From contig JAEOSI010000143.1 of NCBI GenBank assembly GCA_016840425.1, forward strand, positions 1 through 6,120: a stretch of DNA of 6,120 nt, written 5' to 3'. Origin of the DNA: Candidatus Wukongarchaeum yapensis. Its GTDB lineage: Archaea > Asgardarchaeota > Wukongarchaeia > Wukongarchaeales > Wukongarchaeaceae. Positions 1 to 5,674 of the stretch are shown here, in pieces. The notes under the pieces are model-generated. The model searched no databases, was not told the origin of the DNA, and was given only the letters and a program-made list of their open reading frames with translations. Position numbers and translations under genes: made by a program. Position 1 is the first letter of the stretch, and each line of letters opens with the position of its first letter.

Positions 1-153
1 CTTACTACGCAGGATATAATGCAACTATTCCGCCTACTAAAAGAAGAAGAAAACCAAACCCTAATCCTCGTAACCCACAACGAACTAGTCGGACAAGCCT
101 GCGACCGAATAATAAGACTAAAAGACGGCCTAGTAGAATCAGAAGGCCTCTAA
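1..153 (+). CDS. 3' end (partial) of an ABC transporter ATP-binding protein, LolD/MacB (MJ0796-like) type
   Basis: Frame 1 reads LTTQDIMQLFRLLKEEENQTLILVTHNELVGQACDRIIRLKDGLVESEGL*, with TAA at 151-153. It contains the H-loop 'TLILVTHN' and the 'DRIIRLKDG' tail typical of this ATPase subfamily. It is missing from the ORF track because the start lies outside the window. Confidence 0.9.
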   Translation, partial: LTTQDIMQLFRLLKEEENQTLILVTHNELVGQACDRIIRLKDGLVESEGL

Positions 154-190
154 ACCAAAAAAAGAATAAAAAGCCAAGTTGAATTAAAAA

Positions 191-196
191 AGGTGG
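191..196 (+). promoter_or_regulatory. Shine-Dalgarno-like site (AGGTGG) for the 631-aa ORF
   Basis: AGGTGG lies 7 nt upstream of ATG 204. The same GGTGG core precedes the ORFs at 3646 and 4730. Confidence 0.6.
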
Positions 197-203
197 ATGA
201 AAA

Positions 204-2099
204 ATGAGCCCTTTTAGAAAAAGAGAAGTAGGAGAAGAAGAAGAAACCATGTTTTGGGCCGTTTTCTATATTGCAAAGTTTAGAGAAGACGAAAATGAAT
301 ATTTCATGAAACGATTGAAAAAAGCCCTAAAGCCCTATAAGCCCTCATCTGTCACGTTTAACGAGTTAAACACCTTCCTAGCAGTGAGAGCTTCTTTGCC
401 ACCTCAAACCTCTCCAAAACCTGATGAAGAGGAAAAAATCAAAGAACTCGAAGCAAGAATCGGAGAAGCAGCCAACGCTTACGCCCAAAAAGTCATGAAA
501 AAATACGACAAAGAACTAAGAAAAGACCCTGAAATAATAGAAACCATCCGTATCTTCAACAATCTCCTAGAACAAAACCCCGAATACATAGGGCTTTTCA
601 ATCAACAAGCCCAAGAAATCATCAAAAACATAGAAATAGAATATGGAACCGTCCTACAAGTTGCAAGAATCCACATCTGGGACTTCCCCGGATTAGAATA
701 CGATTATGCCGTAGTAGCAGGAGTCAGAATAGAATTCTCCGCAGCACTACCCGACTACGAACACCTTATAGACGAAACAGTCCTCTTCAGCTTCTCCCGA
801 AGATACCAACCACCAACAAAAAAATTCCTCGACGAAATTCAAAACGCCATAAGCCAAGCCATGAAAGTTTTCAAAATATACTCAGAAGAAACCGATCCTA
901 AAAAACAAATCATGTGGAACCAACCCTTCTTCGAAGCAGTACAAATGATCCTAGGAAAAACCGAAGGAACCTACGAACTCATGCAAAAAATCAAAAGACA
1001 AACCCTTAGAATGACAGGAATAGCCCAAACCCTCATAAAAGAACTAAAAGAAGAAGAAGCAACAGACGTAATCAAAATAGTCAAACAATTCGACATAACA
1101 CCAGAACTAGAAGACCTAGCAAAGCAAACAGAAACCATGACAAAAGAACTCCAAGAAACCGCAAAAACCGCCCGAAAAATAAGCACCCAAATGAAAACAG
1201 CAGAAAAAGAAGACCGAGCCGCACCCCTAATCACCCCAGAAATAGAAGAACTAGGCCACACAATGGGCAAACTATACCTAGAACTAGAAACCCTAAGACT
1301 ATGGGCAGACAACTGGGACGACATACCCTACTACACAGCAGCCCCCGGAGCAGTAGCCTTCGAACAAGAAACCCTAGCAGAAGAAGAACTGAAAGCACTC
1401 GCCCGACAAATACCAGAAGACGCCGTAATACACGGCGAAAACATCTTCAAAACCTACCGCATGGGCAGAAACACCATATACGCCCTAAGAGGCGTAAACA
1501 TAACCATAAAAGAAGGAGAATTCGTAGCCCTAGTCGGACCAAGCGGATGCGGAAAAACCACCCTACTAAACGTCCTAAGCGGACTAGACACCCCCGACAG
1601 AGGAAGAATATACCTCAAAGGAGACAACATAGCCACCCTAGCAGACAAAGAACTAACAAAAACAAGAAGAGACGACATAGGATTCGTCTTCCAAACCTAC
1701 AACCTAATACCCGAACTAACCACCCTAGAAAACGTCATGCTACCCGCACAAATGAGCGGAAAACCCGGCGGCGAAACAAAACAAAAAGCCCTACAAATCC
1801 TAGAAGACGTCGGAATACAAGAATTCGCAAACCAATACCCCGAAAAACTCTCAGGAGGACAACAACAAAGAGTCACCATAGCAAGAGCCCTAATAAACGA
1901 CCCAAGCATCATCGTGGGAGACGAACCCACAGGTGACCTCGATTCTGAAACGGGGCAAGCTGTGCTGGATATTTTCAAAAAGATCAATAAAAAGCGTGGT
2001 GTTACTATTTTAATGGTCACACACGACCCGAAGATGGCTAAGCAGGCTGGTCGTCTTCTTGAGATGAGGGACGGGCAGATTATCAGCGATGTTTGGTAG
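204..2099 (+). CDS. ABC ATP-binding protein (LolD/MacB-type domain, aa ~407-631) fused to a ~400-aa soluble N-terminal region of unknown function
   Basis: All ATPase motifs are intact: Walker A GPSGCGKTT (aa 445), Q-loop FVFQTYNL, signature LSGGQQQR (aa 549), Walker B/D-loop IIVGDEPTGDLD (aa 569) and H-loop MVTHD. The N-terminal region has no obvious TM segment and includes a coiled-coil-like stretch (ELEDLAKQTETMTKELQETAKTARKISTQMK). Confidence 0.92.
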   Translation: MSPFRKREVGEEEETMFWAVFYIAKFREDENEYFMKRLKKALKPYKPSSVTFNELNTFLAVRASLPPQTSPKPDEEEKIKELEARIGEAANAYAQKVMKKYDKELRKDPEIIETIRIFNNLLEQNPEYIGLFNQQAQEIIKNIEIEYGTVLQVARIHIWDFPGLEYDYAVVAGVRIEFSAALPDYEHLIDETVLFSFSRRYQPPTKKFLDEIQNAISQAMKVFKIYSEETDPKKQIMWNQPFFEAVQMILGKTEGTYELMQKIKRQTLRMTGIAQTLIKELKEEEATDVIKIVKQFDITPELEDLAKQTETMTKELQETAKTARKISTQMKTAEKEDRAAPLITPEIEELGHTMGKLYLELETLRLWADNWDDIPYYTAAPGAVAFEQETLAEEELKALARQIPEDAVIHGENIFKTYRMGRNTIYALRGVNITIKEGEFVALVGPSGCGKTTLLNVLSGLDTPDRGRIYLKGDNIATLADKELTKTRRDDIGFVFQTYNLIPELTTLENVMLPAQMSGKPGGETKQKALQILEDVGIQEFANQYPEKLSGGQQQRVTIARALINDPSIIVGDEPTGDLDSETGQAVLDIFKKINKKRGVTILMVTHDPKMAKQAGRLLEMRDGQIISDVW

Positions 2100-2180
2100 T
2101 TTTCGTGGTTCTTAGTTGTCCAGCTTTTTTTAATTGTTTAAAGAGTAGAGAGTTTGATTATTTATAGTTGTGAAGACGTT

Positions 2181-2188
2181 TTAATTAA
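2181..2188 (+). promoter_or_regulatory. Possible TATA box for the 434-aa gene
   Basis: TTAATTAA lies about 30 nt upstream of ATG 2218, consistent with a short-leader transcript. The region is AT-rich, so support is weak. Confidence 0.3.
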
Positions 2189-2217
2189 ATTTAGTCTTCT
2201 GAGAATGTGGTATTTAA

Positions 2218-3522
2218 ATGAGTCCTAGTCCTTTTGGTGACTATTTCTTTAACGAATGGTGTATTCCTTATTTTATTGCCTTTTTCGTCAATTTTTTCAT
2301 TGCTTGGCTTTTGTTTTTTAAGGCTCGAAAAGAGGAACATGTTCAATTATATATTCTAACGGAGTTCTTCGTGGCGCTTCTGTGTTTTAGTGTGGCATTG
2401 GCTACGTGTAGTTTGGATTCTGATACTTGGCTCTTTTGGATGGTCATTAATAGAGTCACGTCGCTCCTTGCGGTCACTACATTATTCCATTTTTCGTATG
2501 TATTTCTTTATCGGATAAATATATTCGAGGATCTTCGAGTGTTTTTGGTTCATTTGGTTCCTTTGTTTTATATCTCTGTTTTTTTAATAGATATAGACAT
2601 ATTGTATTCTAGTGTGTTGGAATCGGGTGGTTCGCCTTTCGGCCTTTTTGAAGCGGATATCGAAAGGTTTTCGCCCCCGTTCCTTTGGGGTTTTTTTGAC
2701 ATTTTTCTAGTTGTAATGTTGGTTTTTGCTGCTGTAAACTTTTTCAGAATGTTCAGGTCAGAGGATGTGGAGATAAGGTGGCGTTCGGCGTATTTTATTC
2801 TTGCGAGTTTAATTCCATTAATTTTTACGTGTATGGAGGATTTTTTGGAGGCGATATTCCCGGATTTTAACTTAAAATTGGATCTGGGCACAGTTTCTTT
2901 ATCGATAACTGGAGTCATAATCTCTATCGGTATTTTGAAGCATAGGTTGTTCGATATCGATTTAATTTTGCCAAAAAGTTTCTATTATATAACGACTGTT
3001 GTTGTTCTTGTTTGGGTTTTTATTTTGAGCGGGGAGTTGCTGGTTCGTTTTATTACGGGGGGTGAAGTGTCTATCTTGTCTCGTTTTGCTGCTGTTTTGT
3101 TTACGTTATTTCTTTTTTTCCCTGTTAGAGAAGTGGTAGGTGGGTTGACGACTAGGTTATTTCCGCGTGATTTTATCAGTAGGAGGCGTAAAAGCGGTTT
3201 GTCTAGCGGGGTTGCTTTAGAGATTTACAGGAAGCAGTTACAGTTAGCATGGGAGGGTGGGGAAATATCTGAAAAAGAGAGGAGGTTGTTAAACGATTTG
3301 AGGTTATCTTTAGGAATATCTGGTAAAGAGCATGAGAGGTTGGAGAGAGAATTAATCAGCGCGTTAGAGATTTACAAGAAGCAGCTTCAGTTAGCATTGG
3401 AGGGGGGGGAAATAACTGAAAAAGAGAAGATATTGTTAAAAAATTTGAGGTTATCTTTAGGAATTTCTGATAAGGAGCATGAGAGGTTGGAGAAAGAGAT
3501 AATTGGTATGAACGTTCAATAG
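2218..3522 (+). CDS. Polytopic membrane protein: HisKA_7TM-like sensor region plus 2 further TM helices and two C-terminal helical repeats; no kinase domain
   Basis: There are about 9 hydrophobic segments in aa ~16-303. 'IGILKHRLFDID' after TM7 and 'LFFPVR...TRLF' after TM9 resemble motifs of 7TM histidine-kinase N-terminal regions. No H-box or HATPase boxes follow. Confidence 0.85.
   Translation: MSPSPFGDYFFNEWCIPYFIAFFVNFFIAWLLFFKARKEEHVQLYILTEFFVALLCFSVALATCSLDSDTWLFWMVINRVTSLLAVTTLFHFSYVFLYRINIFEDLRVFLVHLVPLFYISVFLIDIDILYSSVLESGGSPFGLFEADIERFSPPFLWGFFDIFLVVMLVFAAVNFFRMFRSEDVEIRWRSAYFILASLIPLIFTCMEDFLEAIFPDFNLKLDLGTVSLSITGVIISIGILKHRLFDIDLILPKSFYYITTVVVLVWVFILSGELLVRFITGGEVSILSRFAAVLFTLFLFFPVREVVGGLTTRLFPRDFISRRRKSGLSSGVALEIYRKQLQLAWEGGEISEKERRLLNDLRLSLGISGKEHERLERELISALEIYKKQLQLALEGGEITEKEKILLKNLRLSLGISDKEHERLEKEIIGMNVQ
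3214..3507 (+). repeat. In-frame tandem duplication, 2 x 147 nt (2 x 49 aa)
   Basis: Unit 1 (3214-3360) is ALEIYRKQLQLAWEGGEISEKERRLLNDLRLSLGISGKEHERLERELIS. Unit 2 (3361-3507) is ALEIYKKQLQLALEGGEITEKEKILLKNLRLSLGISDKEHERLEKEIIG. They share 38/49 identical residues by hand count. Confidence 0.97.
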
Positions 3523-3531
3523 TTTTTTTTT
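3523..3531 (+). terminator. Oligo-T terminator (archaeal type)
   Basis: A T9 run directly follows the TAG of the 434-aa gene. Confidence 0.55.
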
Positions 3532-3584
3532 CCTGTGGGAAGATTCTTCTTTTTCTGCGTTCGAAACACTTGATCTTGTTGCTC

Positions 3585-3592
3585 TTTAAATA
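3585..3592 (+). promoter_or_regulatory. TATA box for the 108-aa ORF
   Basis: TTTAAATA matches the archaeal TATA consensus. GGTGG SD-like site at 3632-3636 and ATG at 3646. Confidence 0.5.
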
Positions 3593-3645
3593 TCGAAAGT
3601 AGTGTATATAGTAGTGAGGCTTTTGTTTTTGGGTGGTTTTTTGTT

Positions 3646-3972
3646 ATGGGTGGTGTTTCTGTTTTTCCTACTAAGAAGGGTGATGGTGTTCACGTGGTGG
3701 TGAGTTATTCTTCTCCTCCTGGTTCTCATCGGGTTTCTTTGGGTTTTGTTTCTGCGGTTGGTTTGGGTGTTCAGTTGTTACGTGAGGGTGTTAAGGGTTT
3801 GTTGTTTAAGGGTGATGTTCGGGGTCTTAAGTCTTGGCAGGGTAAGAGTCTTAGAGAGTCTTTTCTTATGTTGAAGGGTTTGTTTTCTGATGATATAGTC
3901 GGGCAGTTAGGTTCTCTTTTAGGTGAAGAGGATACTGGATTTGGAGAAGGCTTTGATCTCAGAATCACTTGA
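3646..3972 (+). CDS. Small hypothetical protein (108 aa); true C-terminus uncertain
   Basis: Has a TATA box and SD upstream. In this G/T-rich stretch, A and C fall mostly at codon positions 1-2 of this frame (aag, cct, act, cat) while third positions are nearly all T/G, which is the pattern of a real coding frame. No family recognised. Confidence 0.65.
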   Translation: MGGVSVFPTKKGDGVHVVVSYSSPPGSHRVSLGFVSAVGLGVQLLREGVKGLLFKGDVRGLKSWQGKSLRESFLMLKGLFSDDIVGQLGSLLGEEDTGFGEGFDLRIT

Positions 3973-4023
3973 AAAAGCTTCTAGAAAACTCGAGAAAGCC
4001 TCAGCGCCAGTATTAAAAGATCC

Positions 4024-4054
4024 CTCGAAAAAAAAAGCGCTTTTTGAGTTTTTT
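4024..4054. terminator. Probable bidirectional terminator between the convergent 108-aa and histone genes
   Basis: Sequence is CTCG-A9-GCGC-T5-GAG-T6, containing the palindrome AAAAAGCGCTTTTT. This gives a T9 run on the - strand just after the histone stop and T5/T6 runs on the + strand. Confidence 0.45.
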
Positions 4055-4226
4055 AGAAGTCTTGTGCTTTGATTGTTTTTCTTCCGTTTGCTTTTGTGCG
4101 TTCCATAGCGGCCGCAATTAGTTTTTCTACGGCTTCATCAAGGGCTTTGATAGAGTCGCTGCCTACGAGGAAGCCTTTTCCCTTAGCGAGGTCACGGTAA
4201 GCTTTTTGCACAATATACATAACCAT
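4053..4226 (-). CDS. Histone-fold protein, 57 aa, short-alpha3 type (resembles face-to-face/HTkC-like or Bd0055-like prokaryotic histones)
   Basis: Hand translation: MVMYIVQKAYRDLAKGKGFLVGSDSIKALDEAVEKLIAAAMERTKANGRKTIKAQDF*. It has the L2 signature GRKTIxxxD, a long amphipathic alpha2, and ends one residue after the Asp. It has its own SD and BRE-TATA. Confidence 0.9.
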   Translation of the reverse strand: MVMYIVQKAYRDLAKGKGFLVGSDSIKALDEAVEKLIAAAMERTKANGRKTIKAQDF

Positions 4227-4233
4227 TTTATTT

Positions 4234-4239
4234 CCCCCT
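4234..4239 (-). promoter_or_regulatory. Shine-Dalgarno-like site (AGGGGG) for the histone gene
   Basis: The minus strand reads TAGGGGGAAATAAAATG. Confidence 0.6.
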
Positions 4240-4322
4240 AATAATGGTTTTAATTGTTGTCTTACCTACTAGCAGTGGAATCTTTTTTGTTTGGCTCCTA
4301 AGCTTTTTTAAGGTTTTTACAG

Positions 4323-4339
4323 TATTTAAAAATTTTCCC
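4323..4339 (-). promoter_or_regulatory. BRE-TATA promoter for the histone gene
   Basis: The minus strand reads GGGAAAA-TT-TTTAAATA, a purine-rich BRE followed by a consensus TATA box. This predicts a start near 4298 and a ~70-nt leader. Confidence 0.6.
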
Positions 4340-4426
4340 TATTCACGGTATAACTTGGATAAAATCAATGAATGAAAAAATGTTTTACGCAGGATAAACC
4401 GCGTAATGCCGCTATTTCATGCCATT

Positions 4427-4549
4427 ATAAAACGAAGTTAAAGCGAGTGAACTACTCCCAGCTTTCGCAAGGGGCTTCCTGTTTCAACGACGGGATCATC
4501 ATTATTCATCCATCTCCACAGGCGTAAATTCGGACAGTCCCTGTCCTAC
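4427..4549 (-). ncRNA. Predicted TnpB omega-RNA (reRNA): ~103-nt scaffold (4549-4447) plus ~20-nt flank-derived guide
   Basis: Minus strand: GUA-GGACAG-GGA-CUGUCC-GAAUU-UACG-CCUGU-GGAGAUGGAU...AUCCCGUCGUUGAA-ACAGG-AAG-CCCCUUGC-GAAA-GCUGGGAG-U-AGUUC-AC. Visible pairings are the 5' stem GGACAG/CUGUCC, CCUGU/ACAGG, a pseudoknot GAAUU/AGUUC and a terminal GAAA-capped hairpin. This order matches my recollection of the ISDra2-type scaffold. Confidence 0.72.
4502..4549 (-). pseudogene. tnpB: Relic of the extreme 3' end of tnpB
   Basis: The minus strand translates to VGQGLSEFTPVEMDE*, matching the 'VGQGxPEFTPVE'-type TnpB C-terminal tail that overlaps the omega-RNA. The rest of the gene is absent. 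Confidence 0.7.
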
Positions 4550-4565
4550 TCTTCCATATTGTTAC

Positions 4566-4573
4566 TCTTATAA
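4566..4573 (-). promoter_or_regulatory. Candidate TATA box for the omega-RNA
   Basis: The minus strand reads TAATTATAAGAG, about 20-25 nt upstream of the first scaffold stem. BRE is not canonical, and TTATAA is palindromic, so direction is ambiguous. Confidence 0.35.
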
Positions 4574-4647
4574 TTACAAATAGTTTGTTATTATTTTTGT
4601 TGTTCGGCTTTCATCCCCCCCCAGCCGTCATAGGGGACTCCCGTCGA

Positions 4648-4664
4648 GAAAGTTAAAAATATAA
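4648..4664 (+). promoter_or_regulatory. Possible BRE-TATA for mrp
   Basis: GAAAG-TTAAAAATATAA lies upstream of an AGGTGG SD at 4714-4719. Confidence 0.35.
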
Positions 4665-4729
4665 GGGCGAAGAGCATTGCTTTTTTTTTATCAAATAAAA
4701 GAGCACGATCATTAGGTGGGATTTTTTCC

Positions 4730-5587
4730 TTGATGGATGAAATTAAAAGACGGGTTAGAGCTGAACGTATGAAAAAGGTTAAGGATAGAATGAGTAAAGT
4801 GAAGCATAAGATCGCTGTGATTAGTGGGAAGGGGGGCGTTGGCAAGAGCGTTGTCACTGTGAACCTTGCTATGGCTTTTGCGGTACGGGGTTATACTGAT
4901 AAAGTAGGTATCCTTGATACAGACATAACGGGTCCCTCTGTCCCTAAGATAATTGGTTTACAAGGGGAAAAGGTTGTATCTACTCCTGAACGCGAAATAG
5001 TTCCGGCAGTAGGTCCCTTAGGTATCAAGGTTGTATCTATGGCGCTTATGCTTGAAACTGAGGAAACACCGGTAATTTGGCGTGGTCCCTTAAAGGCGAG
5101 GGCAATCACTCAGCTTTTATCGGATGTTATTTGGGGTGAATTGGATTTTTTGTTTATAGATCTTCCCCCAGGAACTGGTGATGAGCCCTTGAGTATTATG
5201 CAACTCATACCGGATCTGGATGGGGTAGTAATAGTTACAATACCTTCAGAAGTTTCACAAATCGTTGTTAAAAAGGCAGTTACTTTTGCTAGACATTTGA
5301 AGGCTCCTATTATAGGCGTAATAGAAAATATGAGTGGTTTCATCTGCCCAAATTGCGGCAAAGAGATCGACATCTTCAAAAGAGGAGGAGGACAAAAAAT
5401 AGCCGAGGATATGAACATTCCGTTTCTGGGAAGGATCCCTATCGACCCTGAAATATGCGACTACTCTGATAAAGGTTTACCATTCGTAACTGAAAATAAA
5501 AATTCACCAGCAACAAAAGCTTTTATGGAAATTGTAAAAAAGATAGAAGAGTTCTTAAATCAAGAGAATGGAAAGCACATTGAATAA
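4730..5587 (+). CDS. mrp: Mrp/NBP35 (ApbC) family P-loop NTPase, Fe-S cluster carrier
   Basis: Motifs present: SGKGGVGKS deviant Walker A, DTDITGPS, IWRGP, DLPPGTGDE, VTIP, ENMS and the CPNC cluster-binding motif. Start is TTG 4730 or ATG 4733. Confidence 0.96.
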   Translation: MMDEIKRRVRAERMKKVKDRMSKVKHKIAVISGKGGVGKSVVTVNLAMAFAVRGYTDKVGILDTDITGPSVPKIIGLQGEKVVSTPEREIVPAVGPLGIKVVSMALMLETEETPVIWRGPLKARAITQLLSDVIWGELDFLFIDLPPGTGDEPLSIMQLIPDLDGVVIVTIPSEVSQIVVKKAVTFARHLKAPIIGVIENMSGFICPNCGKEIDIFKRGGGQKIAEDMNIPFLGRIPIDPEICDYSDKGLPFVTENKNSPATKAFMEIVKKIEEFLNQENGKHIE

Positions 5588-5636
5588 GTTGGCGAATCCA
5601 CAAAAAGAATGAACTAAGCAAGGTTTTACTCGATTA

Positions 5637-5674
5637 TTTTTTGCGTGAAATTGCCTTCACGACATTTTTCTTTT
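5637..5674 (+). terminator. Possible terminator of mrp
   Basis: A T6 run, then inverted repeat CGTGAA-N6-TTCACG (5644-5661), then T5-C-T4. Confidence 0.4.

Larger units (their letters stand above)
4447..4652 (-). mobile_element. Non-autonomous IS200/IS605-family (IS1341-like) mini-element; left boundary approximate
   Basis: Right end on the - strand is GGAAG-CCCC..hairpin..GGGAG-TAGTTCAC. The terminal TCAC and the GAAG just 5' of the hairpin fit the IS608-type guide/cleavage pairing rule (IS608: GAAT with TCAA). Left end on the - strand is CGACGGGAGT-CCCCTA-TGACGGC-TGGGGG..GATGAAAGCCG, a hairpin followed by a motif I recognise from left ends of such elements. There is no tnpA or tnpB ORF inside. 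Confidence 0.8.

Noticed and set aside
1301-1936. 211-aa Arg/Thr/Pro-rich ORF overlapping the ABC gene on the same strand
   Set aside because: Shadow frame. The scarcity of T in this A/C-rich stretch removes stop codons, and the ORF closes where the composition flips.
5-2020. Minus-strand ORFs 5-250, 971-1324, 1454-1678 and 1697-2020
   Set aside because: They are antisense to motif-supported ABC genes, have low-complexity translations and show no recognisable motifs.
2568-2918. 116-aa minus-strand ORF
   Set aside because: Antisense shadow of the membrane protein gene.
3771-3968. 65-aa minus-strand ORF
   Set aside because: The third-position pattern supports the + frame. The S/P/N-rich translation is what the antisense of G/T-rich codons produces.
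3975-3994. Clustered HindIII/XbaI/XhoI-like palindromes suggesting a polylinker
   Set aside because: Only three 6-mers, with no vector context around them. Treated as chance.
6-4396. 11-nt direct repeat TACGCAGGATA at 6-16 and 4386-4396
   Set aside because: Several 11-mer matches are expected by chance in 6 kb, and one copy is inside a CDS.
4435-4657. AAGTTAAA on both sides of the mini-element (4435-4442 and 4650-4657) as a target-site duplication
   Set aside because: It is not flush with the right end, it is AT-rich, and IS200/IS605 elements do not make target duplications.
4591-5418. Minus-strand ORFs 4591-4857, 4891-5109 and 5110-5418
   Set aside because: They are antisense to mrp. The first runs through the element's left-end hairpin and shows no TnpA or TnpB motif.
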